Shown: in pieces, positions 18,953-29,744 of the stretch
How the letters are laid out: every line of letters begins with the position of its first letter
Position numbering within the stretch: position 1 is the first letter of the stretch
DNA from: an uncultured Verrucomicrobiae bacterium
GTDB taxonomy: Bacteria > Verrucomicrobiota > Verrucomicrobiia > Chthoniobacterales > UBA10450
Assembly (NCBI GenBank): GCA_963735805.1
Contig: CAVTMK010000002.1
Location: forward strand, 480,001-544,000
DNA: 64,000 nt
Reading direction: 5' to 3'
Position numbers and translations under genes: made by a program
The notes under the pieces: generated by a model
The model's database searches: none
What the model saw: the letters and a program-made list of their open reading frames with translations, nothing else
Told to the model about the DNA's origin: nothing

Positions 18953-20674
18953 CTAATCATGGGGCGGGGTGCTCGGGGCTCCGGCTTTTGGGGCTTTTGA
19001 GTCCCTGCCACCCTGCGGAAGCATTCTCTTCGGCACATCATAAACCAAAAACGAGTAGGCAATGTGATCGACAGGAGTAAAATGCTCTCTCAACCATCTG
19101 TACTCATCCGGGTTTCGATTAACTCCAACCAGGGCGTTAACCGGCACGACAATTCGCCCGGCTTGCGGTTTACGAGGATCTACAATAACTCCAGGATGAC
19201 GGCGGACATATTGCTTTAGGTACCATTCGTTTCCTCGCCAATCCAAGTTCGAGTCTGCAAGGTGTCGGTAGGCGAGCTTCCTGTCCGGAACAAATTCATT
19301 AAAATACGAGATAAAATGCGGATAATATGAGAGAGCCGATGCAGCAGCCCAAACTGCGAGAATCACCGCGGTAAATCGTCGGACCTTGGAAGCGGGCGCA
19401 GCCAAGAATCTTCCGCAAAAGATCGTAGCCAGGGCGAATACGGGCAATACATGACGAATGCCGACCTCCGCGTTAAAGAAGAAATTCAAGTAGACCCAGT
19501 AAACCAGAATCGGAATCAGTAGAAAGATCTCCTCTCGACGAAGTCCGAGCGCGGCCGGTTGGCGACGTTTGGAAAAGTATCCGAACAATGCCATGAAAAA
19601 TATGATTTGCTTCGCAATCGGGACCTTGAAGAAGGCTGCATAAAAGTAGTATCCCGGGAACCCATGAAGCGTCCCGTCATGATGATTCACTCGAAGTTGC
19701 CCAGCCATGTAAATGTTTCCCCAAGCTTCTCCCATCCTCTCCTCGAACTTGACCAGATCCAGGCCCTGGATGTAAGGCACTGGCAGTGGAAGAGGCAGGT
19801 TACCGATGATTGGGGTCGCCTCGAGTTTTTTGAAAAATGGGTCTTTCAATGTATACCCAGACAACGGGGTTCCAACTCCCGCGAAATCGAACCCCAGGTT
19901 AATTGTTATGATACTCACCGCGCCGAAGAACGTTATCGCCATCAACCAGCGGCGCAGATTCCAAGTCGGGCTATGGGATTGATCAGGTTTCGCCGCTCCA
20001 CTGGCTGGTCTAAAGCGGCAATAAATCGCTGCAATCGCCAAAAAAATCGGGTACAGATAAACACACGAGTATTTGGCCAGTTGGCTTAAGCCAAGCGTCA
20101 CCGCGCTAAAAACGGCTCGTTGTTTTCCGCCTAACTTTAGAAAATGCCAAAAATGGTAGAGTGCGACGGTTGTCATCAAAGCGGCAGGCAAGTCTGCTGT
20201 CACCAGTTGACCGTGCGCAAGCAGGTTGGGATCGAAAACGCAAAGACTTAGCGATAGGAGTGCCCCGTTACGGCCATAGAGTTCATAACTCCATCTCACG
20301 ATGTATAACGCAAGTAACAAAGAAAGAGCAATGGTTGCGTACCTGCCTCGCTTTAGCTGATCAGTCCAGGAAGCATCGGTTGAAATCCCTATCATCGAGG
20401 CAACAAGAGCGAGATTTCCGCTCGTCATGGCGTGCACACTTGAAAAGGGCATCGTGCTGGCATTTAACGCGCTTGTACGCTCGGGAGCGCCATTCAACAC
20501 GCGATAGCCGTACTGGTAGTGCAGAGGTTCATCGGTAGTAAGCCCTTTGTGACGGAGGCTAGTTGTCTGTATAGCCAATAACACGACTAAGAGCGCGCCG
20601 CAGACAACGAGCCACCCCCGTATCGTGATCCATTGCCACACTCGACTACTCATTGAGATGTTGTGGTATACCAT
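18953..20674 (-). CDS. ArnT/PMT-2-like (GT39/GT83) lipid-carrier-dependent glycosyltransferase
   Basis: LTTDEPLH first-loop DE motif, PNLLAHGQLVTAD, LAKYS, GIRHVLP, LADSNLDW. Confidence 0.85.
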   Translation of the reverse strand: MVYHNISMSSRVWQWITIRGWLVVCGALLVVLLAIQTTSLRHKGLTTDEPLHYQYGYRVLNGAPERTSALNASTMPFSSVHAMTSGNLALVASMIGISTDASWTDQLKRGRYATIALSLLLALYIVRWSYELYGRNGALLSLSLCVFDPNLLAHGQLVTADLPAALMTTVALYHFWHFLKLGGKQRAVFSAVTLGLSQLAKYSCVYLYPIFLAIAAIYCRFRPASGAAKPDQSHSPTWNLRRWLMAITFFGAVSIITINLGFDFAGVGTPLSGYTLKDPFFKKLEATPIIGNLPLPLPVPYIQGLDLVKFEERMGEAWGNIYMAGQLRVNHHDGTLHGFPGYYFYAAFFKVPIAKQIIFFMALFGYFSKRRQPAALGLRREEIFLLIPILVYWVYLNFFFNAEVGIRHVLPVFALATIFCGRFLAAPASKVRRFTAVILAVWAAASALSYYPHFISYFNEFVPDRKLAYRHLADSNLDWRGNEWYLKQYVRRHPGVIVDPRKPQAGRIVVPVNALVGVNRNPDEYRWLREHFTPVDHIAYSFLVYDVPKRMLPQGGRDSKAPKAGAPSTPPHD

Positions 20675-20749
20675 GCCGTTATTCCAAAATTGTAGTCGTC
20701 GACATTAGATGCTGTGAGACACAACCTCATAAAATAGACGCCTAACTTC

Positions 20750-22300
20750 CTAGTCTGAGCGTGAAAGTCCCGGCGAACGGATGACCTCTGCGTTGAATTC
20801 ACTGACTGAAATGATGTAATCGGCGTTCGCCTGCTGCTCTGGCGTGAGTTCGCTTCCGTTTTCGACCCAAATACGTAGGGAATGATCGTTCCAAATCAGG
20901 GAGGCAATAAAAAACACATTCCACTTATTTCGGAAGATATTTTCTTTCAGCAAAATGAGAATACGGCTGCCGTGTGTTGGACGCAGACTTAAAGAACGAA
21001 ACGTCTGGATAACGTGGGAAGTGTTTGCACCTAGAGTGAGCCAAGGCCCTCCAAGGCGCTGATTTTCGCGTTGCGTAAAGGCGGCGAGAGCGAACGCTAC
21101 TAAAAGTGTTGCCATGACGCGGAGATATTTATCACCCGACGCATTCCGGACCATTGCACGTTTTGCTGTAGTCAGAACACGGCCAGCAACGAATACCGAA
21201 AATTTCGAAATCAGCGTAATCAAATCAAAAGCAACTTTTGCAAAGATCATTGCCCATCCAAACAGCAGAAGATAAAGCGATGCATCGCCGCGCATCGGGA
21301 CGATAAACGCCAGAGGAAGCGGCACGATTACTATCCAGAATGTCATGAGCTGCAGCGTGCGGTCTTGGCGCAGAAAGGCATAAATGAAAACAAGCGCCCA
21401 TAAGAAGAGCAGCGTCGTTGGAGTGATCGTATACCCGGCAAATAACAACTCACCAACAAACTTGGTGTTCGAAGCCATGAAATTGTACCACGAATACTTG
21501 GGTCGATAAGGATCTAAACTCGCTAGGGACCCGTTGCCGTGCAGTTTTCCGTACACATAAAAAACCGTGAGCAATCCGGCAATTAATGACGGTGCGGCAT
21601 AAGACCGAAGCCAGCGCATGAACGCTTTCGAGTCTGCCCAGCGAGGGGATTTCAGAAACTCATAAACTACCACGATGACTGGAAGCGTGACTGCCATCTC
21701 TTTGCAGTTCAGCGCGCAAACGTACAACACTATAAATCCCAATAATTGGAACGCACGAAGAGAGACTTCTTTCTCACGGATATGGATGTAGTACGTCAAC
21801 GCCGCGAAGTAAAAGAATCCACATAACACGTCATAAATGAACGCACCGACGAACACAAGGCTGCCAAGCCGTGGATGGTAACAGAGAGCAAGGACAGCGA
21901 GAAAGGCGATTGAGCGTGAGGAGGCGAGCCGCTGGCTCAAGTAATAGACCACGGGAATGGAGACAGCGAGAACGCTGATCTGGACAAGCCGATAAGGGAA
22001 CGGATCCAGGTCAAAGAAGTGATAAAGCGGAAGATAGTAAAGAGCGCCCCCCGGGCGATACAGGTAAAGGGGCAGATCATAGAGAGCGCAGTCCGAACAG
22101 AGAAATAACTTCCAAAATGCGATGTTTGCCAAAACTGACTTCAACGCTCCGGCACACCAGCAGATCCCCATGTTCATCATCTCGTCTTCGCGAAAACCCC
22201 CGCGTAGCGCAGGGAGCGCAAAGTGGAGGAAGTAGGCGATGAGAACGGCCACGCAAGCCGCATCAAAAAGCGTGCGTCGATATGTCAACTCTTTCACCAT
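20750..22300 (-). CDS. Polytopic membrane protein, putative GT-C glycosyltransferase
   Basis: First-loop FREDE, YLYRP, ALNCKEMAVTLP; many TM helices. Confidence 0.65.
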   Translation of the reverse strand: MVKELTYRRTLFDAACVAVLIAYFLHFALPALRGGFREDEMMNMGICWCAGALKSVLANIAFWKLFLCSDCALYDLPLYLYRPGGALYYLPLYHFFDLDPFPYRLVQISVLAVSIPVVYYLSQRLASSRSIAFLAVLALCYHPRLGSLVFVGAFIYDVLCGFFYFAALTYYIHIREKEVSLRAFQLLGFIVLYVCALNCKEMAVTLPVIVVVYEFLKSPRWADSKAFMRWLRSYAAPSLIAGLLTVFYVYGKLHGNGSLASLDPYRPKYSWYNFMASNTKFVGELLFAGYTITPTTLLFLWALVFIYAFLRQDRTLQLMTFWIVIVPLPLAFIVPMRGDASLYLLLFGWAMIFAKVAFDLITLISKFSVFVAGRVLTTAKRAMVRNASGDKYLRVMATLLVAFALAAFTQRENQRLGGPWLTLGANTSHVIQTFRSLSLRPTHGSRILILLKENIFRNKWNVFFIASLIWNDHSLRIWVENGSELTPEQQANADYIISVSEFNAEVIRSPGLSRSD

Positions 22301-22396
22301 GTTGTTCGTACGATAAGAAGCTGAGGAAAGGATCGTACGATGATCGCGTAATTTACAATCGAGGTCTGTATGAAATCGTGCTTCCCGTCTCTTTGT

Positions 22397-24241
22397 TTAT
22401 GGGCTTGCTCCCTTGGTAATCCGACCCCACACAGGAATCTTCTCCTCGGAAAGAGTCTGATCATCCGCGCTGCGAACCGCGTAGCGTAATTGAGGATTAT
22501 AATCGCGTATGTAACCCACAAATGCATTCGTCTGAACTTTACGCAGGTAAAATACCTGATTGATGAACGGACTTATCGGCGAAGAGCGCGCCAGTCCGCG
22601 GACAACGCCAGTTTGATCCACTATCACCAATGTCTTGGGAGTTCTGTATCCGTTTTTAATTTCCTCACCCAAGATCCACGACGTCGGAGTCATCGCCCAT
22701 CGGATGATGCGAGGTATATGCCGTCTGCTTACGGCCTGACCGAGAACCCGGGCTGCTGGGGCGCCGTCATTGCCCTGAACTAAAGCGGTCACGGCGCATC
22801 GGCCTGCTAAGTCCTCACGCTTGTGCCGTCCACCAAATAAATTTGCTTCGGCCTGACCAATCCAATCTTGCAACCCATCAGCGAACATATCTAATCGGCG
22901 CACCCGCAATTGTTCCGCCACCCGATAAATCCATTCTGGATAGCGCCACAGCGTTTGTATTTGCTGCTCATCGCGGACTCCGGCAACGAGGCTAAGCGCG
23001 GCGCACTCGTCCGCAGCTCTCGCAGTTCTAAGGAGTAAGCCGTACTTGTAGTGCTCGGGCAAAGCCAGAATCGGCAGCGCAAGAGCGACCAGATACAGTG
23101 GCCATCGTAGCCACTGCTTGGATTCCACACACTGAATGGCGACTAGCAACAGGCCAGTCCAGAATAGTGTGCTCCAAAAGAGGTAACGCGGTGAGAGAAA
23201 CTCAAATTCGAAGCCTGGGCCGCGAACACGGTTAGCAGCGACAGCAAGAGCCATTGCGACAAAGTTAAAAGTGAGCAACGCCATCCCAATAAATTTGAGA
23301 CTACTCTTAATGAGGTCCCGCCGAATCATTGTTAAAACAATTGCCACCAGAGCGAATGCAAGCCCGGCTCCGCCGCACCAGAGTGATAGTACTGAGGACT
23401 GGGCTGCTTCAGCGGAGAGAGGCCTCCCATTCCAACCCGATGCTGCATAAAGAAAAGGACCTCCGGCCACTCTGCATAATTTGGGGACTACGCCTAGATC
23501 GGTAGAAGTGATTGCTTGAATAGCCCTGTAAGTGTTTGAGTGCGGCGGGAGCTGCTGATAGATGACCATTGTTACCAGAGCGGCGATGCCAACAGCGACA
23601 AAAGAGCGCCACTGAAGACGAAGGGACCAAATTAGAAAGAGCAGAGTGGGCCAAATCGCCAGGCCCGCGCCGAAACTGAAGGAGGCCACGAACGCGGCGG
23701 ACACCACGACAAGGATTGCTGGCAATGACCATGTTGAACCCACTCCAGCCTTTGGCAAAACAAGAAAAGCGAGAACTGCGCTGGCGACAACCAGAGAGCA
23801 TATCACGTTAAATCCCCCAGACGCGGTGATATGACTCCGGGGCGCCCAAAAGTTACCCGCGATGACGACAAAAGTAGCTATTATCTTGGCGGTGAGACCT
23901 ACAGTCTTATCGCCTTCAACTGGAATCAGCAGCAACGCAACACTAAGGAAAAGCATCAGGAGGCCTGCAAAAAACAGCGGTAGCTGTCTGCCATGAAAAA
24001 ACTGGAGATCCGCCAGCCAGAAAAAGCTTGGGAAAAAAAGAGAGTGTTCAAAGTGTTTATGCAGCGCGCTCTCAAGCCAAGTGTGATTCAGGCAGAAATC
24101 GTAAATCCGCCAGTAATCAGCCTTGGTGACAGTCCAGCGCCCCAGATAAAGGTAAACGACACCCGAAGTAAGAAAGACAAGCGCACCCAGAGCAGCAAAC
24201 ATCTGGGCAACCCGCTCAGCCACTGAAACAGACCAACGCAT
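22397..24241 (-). CDS. Polytopic membrane protein with soluble C-terminal domain (GT-C-like)
   Basis: N-terminal TM followed by ADYW and HFEHSLFFP. About 11 TMs, SPRY motif, and a soluble tail. Confidence 0.6.
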   Translation of the reverse strand: MRWSVSVAERVAQMFAALGALVFLTSGVVYLYLGRWTVTKADYWRIYDFCLNHTWLESALHKHFEHSLFFPSFFWLADLQFFHGRQLPLFFAGLLMLFLSVALLLIPVEGDKTVGLTAKIIATFVVIAGNFWAPRSHITASGGFNVICSLVVASAVLAFLVLPKAGVGSTWSLPAILVVVSAAFVASFSFGAGLAIWPTLLFLIWSLRLQWRSFVAVGIAALVTMVIYQQLPPHSNTYRAIQAITSTDLGVVPKLCRVAGGPFLYAASGWNGRPLSAEAAQSSVLSLWCGGAGLAFALVAIVLTMIRRDLIKSSLKFIGMALLTFNFVAMALAVAANRVRGPGFEFEFLSPRYLFWSTLFWTGLLLVAIQCVESKQWLRWPLYLVALALPILALPEHYKYGLLLRTARAADECAALSLVAGVRDEQQIQTLWRYPEWIYRVAEQLRVRRLDMFADGLQDWIGQAEANLFGGRHKREDLAGRCAVTALVQGNDGAPAARVLGQAVSRRHIPRIIRWAMTPTSWILGEEIKNGYRTPKTLVIVDQTGVVRGLARSSPISPFINQVFYLRKVQTNAFVGYIRDYNPQLRYAVRSADDQTLSEEKIPVWGRITKGASP

Positions 24242-24244
24242 CCT

Positions 24245-25009
24245 TTAAGTGCGAAGTCGGCCCCAAGCCAGGATGGAAGTACCGAAGGGCATTGAGAACG
24301 GCAAGGCCGTTTCAATGTTCTTCATCCCGTGCAGTAACAGTCGCGAGATTTCGTTTGGTGGTACGAAACCGGCGCGAATGGCGCCGGATCTGTTTGCTCC
24401 ACGCAGCATGACCTTGCGGGCGAGCAACAACGGGACCATTGACATCCCCCATTGCTGGATGGTTTCGCCTTCCGTGCCACTCTGCTTCAATAATGTCGCC
24501 AAACTCGCTGCCGTATAGCGCCTCAGATGGCCGGCTGCTCGATCGTAATCACTGAAAAAGAGCATACTCGCGGGCACGTTTACAACCACCAGTCCGCCTG
24601 CTCGAACGTGCCGTAAAGCAGCACGGAGAAACGCGAGATCATCATCAATGTGTTCAAGCACGTCTAACAGGAAAACGGCATCGTAGCGGTCTAAAAGTGA
24701 AGGTTCTTGATCCAATATATTGTAGATGAAAAGTCTGCCCTTGCCCGGTTTTGCCATCTCCAGCGCCGTACGATTCAAATCGCAGCCGTCCACCGGAATG
24801 CCGAGGTCTCGCTCCAGCATATCCCGGGCGACTCCATTTCCGCACCCGATTTCCAGCGCGCGCCGGAGCGGAGTGCCAGCGCATTTAATGGCCCGGAGGA
24901 GTACACGATGCCGCCATTGCATCCAAAAATGGTCGGCGTTCGCAAACTGAAACCAGTCATCGGCCATTGAGACTGCCTGAGGCTGGGAGAGAGTTTCAAT
25001 CTGGCTCAT
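24245..25009 (-). CDS. Class I SAM-dependent methyltransferase
   Basis: HFWMQWR, LEIGCGNG, DVLEHIDDD, VNVPA, GHLRRY. Start overlaps the 3' end of the GT2. Confidence 0.9.
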   Translation of the reverse strand: MSQIETLSQPQAVSMADDWFQFANADHFWMQWRHRVLLRAIKCAGTPLRRALEIGCGNGVARDMLERDLGIPVDGCDLNRTALEMAKPGKGRLFIYNILDQEPSLLDRYDAVFLLDVLEHIDDDLAFLRAALRHVRAGGLVVVNVPASMLFFSDYDRAAGHLRRYTAASLATLLKQSGTEGETIQQWGMSMVPLLLARKVMLRGANRSGAIRAGFVPPNEISRLLLHGMKNIETALPFSMPFGTSILAWGRLRT

Positions 25010-25961
25010 CGATTCCTGCAGGTTCTTCAACGTTCATGGTGCGTTCAACTATGAACGATGGCCGCGCTTTTACCTCCATGAACATTTGACCGATGTACTC
25101 ACCGAGAATCCCCAGGTACAGGAAGATTAATCCATTAGAAAAAAGCAGAATGATGACCAGCGTTGAAAACCCGGGCGCGGCGAGGTGAGTATCGGTGAAT
25201 AGAGCAACTCCTATATAAATCAACGCGGCGACGATCGCGCCGAGACAAAGCAGGCTGCCGCATAAGAGTCCTACCCTCAATGGCCTTGTTGAAAAGGACG
25301 TGAGTCCTGAGAAAGCTAGCTTTAGCAGTTTTCTGAATGAATACTGCGGATCGCCAGCCGCACGTGCCGCCCGCGAAACGGGAAACGGCCTCCGTGGCAA
25401 TCCGAGCCACGCGCGCAATCCGCGCACAAAACGTAGCTTCTCCGGAAGACTCAATAGCAGTTCGACGGCCCGCCGGCTCATTACGCAAAAATCCCCGCTG
25501 TCGACCTGGACGGGGCTGTCGGCTAAAAAGAGGTAAAGCCGGTAAAAAACGAAGTAAAAAAGACGCTTTACTTTTGTCTCCCGTCGGGTTCTTCGCACGG
25601 CGTAAACCACATCGACTTTCTCCGCGAGTAATACCTGATACATCTCGAGTAGAACTTCGGGTTCGTCCTGCAAATCCGCATCCATGATCCCCACGAATCT
25701 TCCAGATGCAAAAGACAAACCGGCCGATATCGCGTTTTGATGGCCGAAGTTTCGCGTTAACACCACCAGTTTGACGGATGAATCGGTTTGAGCCCACGCT
25801 TCGATGAATTTCGAACTTCCGTCCGTGGAACCATCGCTGACAAAAAGCAATTCCCACGTGACCGGTCGATTCGGTAATTTTTCCAATCGCTCGCGCAACA
25901 AAGGCAAGACCCGTGCCTCATTCAGGAAGGGAATAACGATGGTTAGCTCCGGTTGATTCAT
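24996..25961 (-). CDS. GT2 undecaprenyl-phosphate glycosyltransferase (GtrB/ArnC-like)
   Basis: IPFLNE, DGSTDGS, RNFGHQNA, MDADLQD, SGDF, two C-terminal TMs, GEYIG. Confidence 0.93.
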   Translation of the reverse strand: MNQPELTIVIPFLNEARVLPLLRERLEKLPNRPVTWELLFVSDGSTDGSSKFIEAWAQTDSSVKLVVLTRNFGHQNAISAGLSFASGRFVGIMDADLQDEPEVLLEMYQVLLAEKVDVVYAVRRTRRETKVKRLFYFVFYRLYLFLADSPVQVDSGDFCVMSRRAVELLLSLPEKLRFVRGLRAWLGLPRRPFPVSRAARAAGDPQYSFRKLLKLAFSGLTSFSTRPLRVGLLCGSLLCLGAIVAALIYIGVALFTDTHLAAPGFSTLVIILLFSNGLIFLYLGILGEYIGQMFMEVKARPSFIVERTMNVEEPAGIDEPD

Positions 25962-26383
25962 TTAGAAGAGAGGGAAAAAACGTCTGTCATTAGGCAAGGC
26001 TCTCACGTTACGAAGGCGATTTCGCTCTCGTGTTCCCGATAGAATCTCTGCGCCATGGAAACGAATCGCAAAGGACCAAGCTGCCAACGATTAATCAAAT
26101 GTTCTATCATTACTCCGTCGGAAAATATTAGTACCATGCTCAGGTTTTGCATACCAATAAATACCCGAACAGTGAAGCCGATACGAAAGATCTGCGTTTG
26201 GTCACCTCTTACCCGCATCATTGCGAACCCTGGAGAAATCGCAAAAAAAATGATCGGTCACAAGGAGTGTCTGGTTTCAACTTCATCAATCCCGCCTGAT
26301 CTTCAGAGCTGCATCCGGAGCAGCCACAGTGGGGAGAGCTCGCTTGACGGCACTCGAACGGGAGTCAAGCTTGCGCCGTTTGT

Positions 26384-28711
26384 ATGAATGGTCCATTCGT
26401 GGCTCGGCTCGGTCGTTTCTGGCGCGAAGACGGTATTTTCCTCACTGTGATGCTGGCGCTTTTCGCTTTGCGTTTTTGGCCTGCATTTGCTCACGGGGCG
26501 CTGTACGCTCCGTTCCAGGACAATGTTTGGCTTTACGGCCCGCTGTTTTCGCGTGCGTCTGAAATCGCGCTCTCGGGCAACTTCCCATACTGGCTAGACA
26601 CAGTTTTGGGGGGATTCCCGCTTTATCTAACGCCCCATTTCTCGGCGACCTACCCCTTCTATTTCTTTGGCGTGCTCAACTATGGGAAAGCCTTGGAAGT
26701 GTTATACACACTGAGCTACGTGACATGCTTTCACGCTCTGATTTTATATCTGAATCTTTACATCATGATGCGAGTTGCCGGGGCAGGAGGTCTTGCCTCG
26801 CTGTGCGGGGCTACCGTGGGTCTGGTGAGCGGCAACACGGAAGTCAGCGCGCATTGGATCGCGATCGCGGCTGCTTGGAGTTGGTTTCCGTTGTTAATTG
26901 CGGGGATGATTCGCTTGCTACGGGCACCACTCTCGTTCGGAAGTATCGCGCTATTTTCACTGTCCGCCGCTTTGATGTGTGCCGCGAACCCCGCGCAACC
27001 AGTAATTCAATCGGCGCTTTGTTGCGGAATCTTTTTCGTTGTCGCTATATGCTGGCAGTGGCGAAAGGACGGCATTGCTGCGGTTAGCCGTCTTTTAGCA
27101 GGGTTGGGCATCAGTGGAGTTATTGCTTTCTGTCTGGCTGCGGTCGCCTTTGTACCGATGGTCTTGGCGACAGGTGGTATGATTCGTCATGGACCCCGTG
27201 TTCCCATAATAGGTCACGCCTCAATTCCATGGGACAGCTTTAATGTAATGCAGTTGCGGCCATCAGCTCTTAGTCACCTGCTTTTTGACTCGTCCGATCT
27301 TCGTGTACTCGGCGGGCTGTATGTAGGCCCAATCGCTCTGTTAGGAGTAATGCTTTGCGTTATTGCCTATCGGCGTGGTGATGCATTCGCTCGCTTCCTG
27401 TTGCTCACGCTGGGCGCGATCGCCTTTTATTTCTTATTGGCGGGTTTCGGAACCTATTTTGGCCTGGCTTATCTGCACTTTCACATTCCGCTTCTGAATC
27501 GAATCCGGGAAGCGGGTCGATACCTGGCAATCTTTACGATGCTAACAGCGCTCCTTACAGGTTTGGGGTTGCAGGTGATTATGAATGTGGCGAGTCGCGA
27601 GTTAGAACTGACAGGTGGGCTGCGCCGCTACTTCTGGATTGCCATCGGAATCAGCCTGCTGATTTTTGCTGGGGCTCTGGCGTTCGATCATCACGAAAAA
27701 GTCACAGGTTGGCTCGTGCTGCTTACACTGCCCTTGGCTTGGGTGCTTTGGCCAACGTCGTCGCGCCAAGCACAGTTGGTTGGCAGTGGACTTCTGTTGT
27801 TGGCGTGTTTAGCTTCAGTCTTATCGCCGCCTGGAACACAACCATTTTGGGTCTCCCAATATCTGCTTTCGGAGAATCTTAGGTCTCATCGTGTCCTGCG
27901 CCGGATCGCACAGCTGCCAAATATCAGGCATTACCGTGTGGTTGTTCTGGATTCGAAGTTTCATCCTATTAATTGGGGGAGTAACGCTAGTTATTACGGG
28001 ATTCGAACCTTCTATTTGAATTGTACGCCCGTACCGTACGATCAATTCCGGGAGATGTTCGATGAACAAGCAGTCAAATTGCGCGAACTGCGCGGTGCCA
28101 AATATTTTATTTGTGGTCAGGATTCAAAGCCTTTCGATCCGAACGCTCGACTTCTCTTCACGGAAAGCGGGTATCGCGTCTACGAGGCGTCTGACCCGAT
28201 GGAACAGTACACGCTAGTCCATGAGGTCGTACCGTTTACTGATAAGGCCTCGTTCCGAAGCAAACTTGCCGGAGGGTTCGATTATCAGCATGTCGCCGCC
28301 TTGGAGAGACAAAAGGGACAAACAATCTCTCCTCTGCTGCAAGCGATTCAAAGAACCGGTGTTGCCACCCCGACGTCGACCGACCTGGTGGAACCGATTT
28401 TCAACACGCCAAACGTCTTTGACGTATTGGTTAATTCTCCTGAACCGGGACTCCTGATCTTAAACGAACGATGGAGCGACGCCTGGCACGTAAGAGTCAA
28501 TTCCAAGTCAGCACAAGTGCTACGAGCTAATTTTACGCAACCTGCGGTGACGCTGCCACCGGGGCGCAATTATGTTGAGTTTGAGTATAAACCAATGCTT
28601 TTCTGGAGTCTCCTGATTCTGCAGCGAGTTACTTTTTTGTTCTTGGTGCTCGCCGGCGCGTGGAACCTATGGCGGGCGTACGCTGGCTGTAGATCGGTAG
28701 CAAACCGATAG
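26384..28711 (+). CDS. YfhO-like polytopic membrane protein (putative GT-C)
   Basis: PYWLDTVLGGFP, YPF, LYVG, IRxxxRY, and C-terminal LLILNERWSDAWHVRVN...ANF...VEFEYKP typical of YfhO. Confidence 0.8.
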   Translation: MNGPFVARLGRFWREDGIFLTVMLALFALRFWPAFAHGALYAPFQDNVWLYGPLFSRASEIALSGNFPYWLDTVLGGFPLYLTPHFSATYPFYFFGVLNYGKALEVLYTLSYVTCFHALILYLNLYIMMRVAGAGGLASLCGATVGLVSGNTEVSAHWIAIAAAWSWFPLLIAGMIRLLRAPLSFGSIALFSLSAALMCAANPAQPVIQSALCCGIFFVVAICWQWRKDGIAAVSRLLAGLGISGVIAFCLAAVAFVPMVLATGGMIRHGPRVPIIGHASIPWDSFNVMQLRPSALSHLLFDSSDLRVLGGLYVGPIALLGVMLCVIAYRRGDAFARFLLLTLGAIAFYFLLAGFGTYFGLAYLHFHIPLLNRIREAGRYLAIFTMLTALLTGLGLQVIMNVASRELELTGGLRRYFWIAIGISLLIFAGALAFDHHEKVTGWLVLLTLPLAWVLWPTSSRQAQLVGSGLLLLACLASVLSPPGTQPFWVSQYLLSENLRSHRVLRRIAQLPNIRHYRVVVLDSKFHPINWGSNASYYGIRTFYLNCTPVPYDQFREMFDEQAVKLRELRGAKYFICGQDSKPFDPNARLLFTESGYRVYEASDPMEQYTLVHEVVPFTDKASFRSKLAGGFDYQHVAALERQKGQTISPLLQAIQRTGVATPTSTDLVEPIFNTPNVFDVLVNSPEPGLLILNERWSDAWHVRVNSKSAQVLRANFTQPAVTLPPGRNYVEFEYKPMLFWSLLILQRVTFLFLVLAGAWNLWRAYAGCRSVANR

Positions 28712-28759
28712 GCGATGTCCTAACTTAGAGATCAAGGAACGTGCTAGGCTCATGGAGCA

Positions 28760-29377
28760 TCACTTCTCGCATTCAAGAACCACAGTCACGTATGGGATGC
28801 GCATGGGTTTCCTGTCGATCCATGCATCAACATTTGTAAAAACCTTCGCCGCAAGCTGGCGGTACTGTTGCTCCGTCCGAACGTTTCGGCCTCGATCATG
28901 AGACATGATGTACCTGGAAAATGAACTCTGATTTGGGATCCAACATGCATCGAGACACACAAATCGACCTCTCTCCTTTAGCGCGTCGTGAGCAAACCGA
29001 ATACAATGCGCCGCATCTTCATCATCTAAGTGGTGCAAAATCCCGAGTCCTATTATGATATCAGCATCGGTGAATCGCGGATCACCCCAAAGCGACTTCG
29101 TGTCACCGACTACGAAAGTCCCCTTGCCACCGTGCTTCCGTTTGGCGGAAGCAATATAAGACGGATTCACGTCGAGGCCTAGGTATTCGACTTCCGGGAG
29201 CCACGGTAGTATCTGTGCGGGGCCACACCCGATATCAATGACTTTATCACCCGCTTTGGCTCGGACATGGCTTTCAATAAATCTCCGACGCAGCGCGTTT
29301 CCTCCAATGGCGTCTTGAAATAGATTGTACAGAGACGGAACTTTCAACCAACGGTGTAATGTGGAGTTACGCTCCAT
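28760..29377 (-). CDS. Class I SAM-dependent methyltransferase
   Basis: VIDIGCGPA, GILHHLDD, DRGRNVR. Confidence 0.9.
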   Translation of the reverse strand: MERNSTLHRWLKVPSLYNLFQDAIGGNALRRRFIESHVRAKAGDKVIDIGCGPAQILPWLPEVEYLGLDVNPSYIASAKRKHGGKGTFVVGDTKSLWGDPRFTDADIIIGLGILHHLDDEDAAHCIRFAHDALKERGRFVCLDACWIPNQSSFSRYIMSHDRGRNVRTEQQYRQLAAKVFTNVDAWIDRKPMRIPYVTVVLECEK

Positions 29378-29429
29378 GGTGAAGTTCGGTTAAGAGCTCG
29401 ATTGCTTCCTCTCACGGTAGCCTTCCCGC

Positions 29430-29610
29430 AGAAGAAATAGGTCAGCAGCTGTCGTGTGCTGTAATGGGTCAAGACCTAGGTTGGCGTTTGTTCCAGACAT
29501 GTCAGCGTACGGATTTCGTCACCGAAAAATGCTCGGCCATACTGAAGAGCAGCAAGCAAAGCTAATGTACAAAGAAATATCGCCCCTAACGCGACGCATT
29601 GACGCCGTGA
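29430..29610 (-). pseudogene. N-terminal fragment of a GT-C-like membrane protein
   Basis: One TM (CVALGAIFLCTLALLAAL) followed by RAFFGDEIRTL (first-loop DE motif), then TAG at 29478-29476 and continuation VLTHYSTRQLLTYFF. Confidence 0.45.
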
Positions 29611-29744
29611 TAGATGCCGCAAGTTCAGTTCACAACGAACGCAATGTACTGGATTTCGCATTTGACAAGCAATGTGCCGGAGCTGCGCAAGCGAGTCCGA
29701 ACGCTATGAATAGCTGTGGAAAATCGCCGCCAACATTACCGACC

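Noticed and set aside
26000..26380. Possible gene remnant between the divergent GT2 and YfhO-like genes
   Set aside because: No frame gave a recognisable peptide by eye; BLASTX would be needed.
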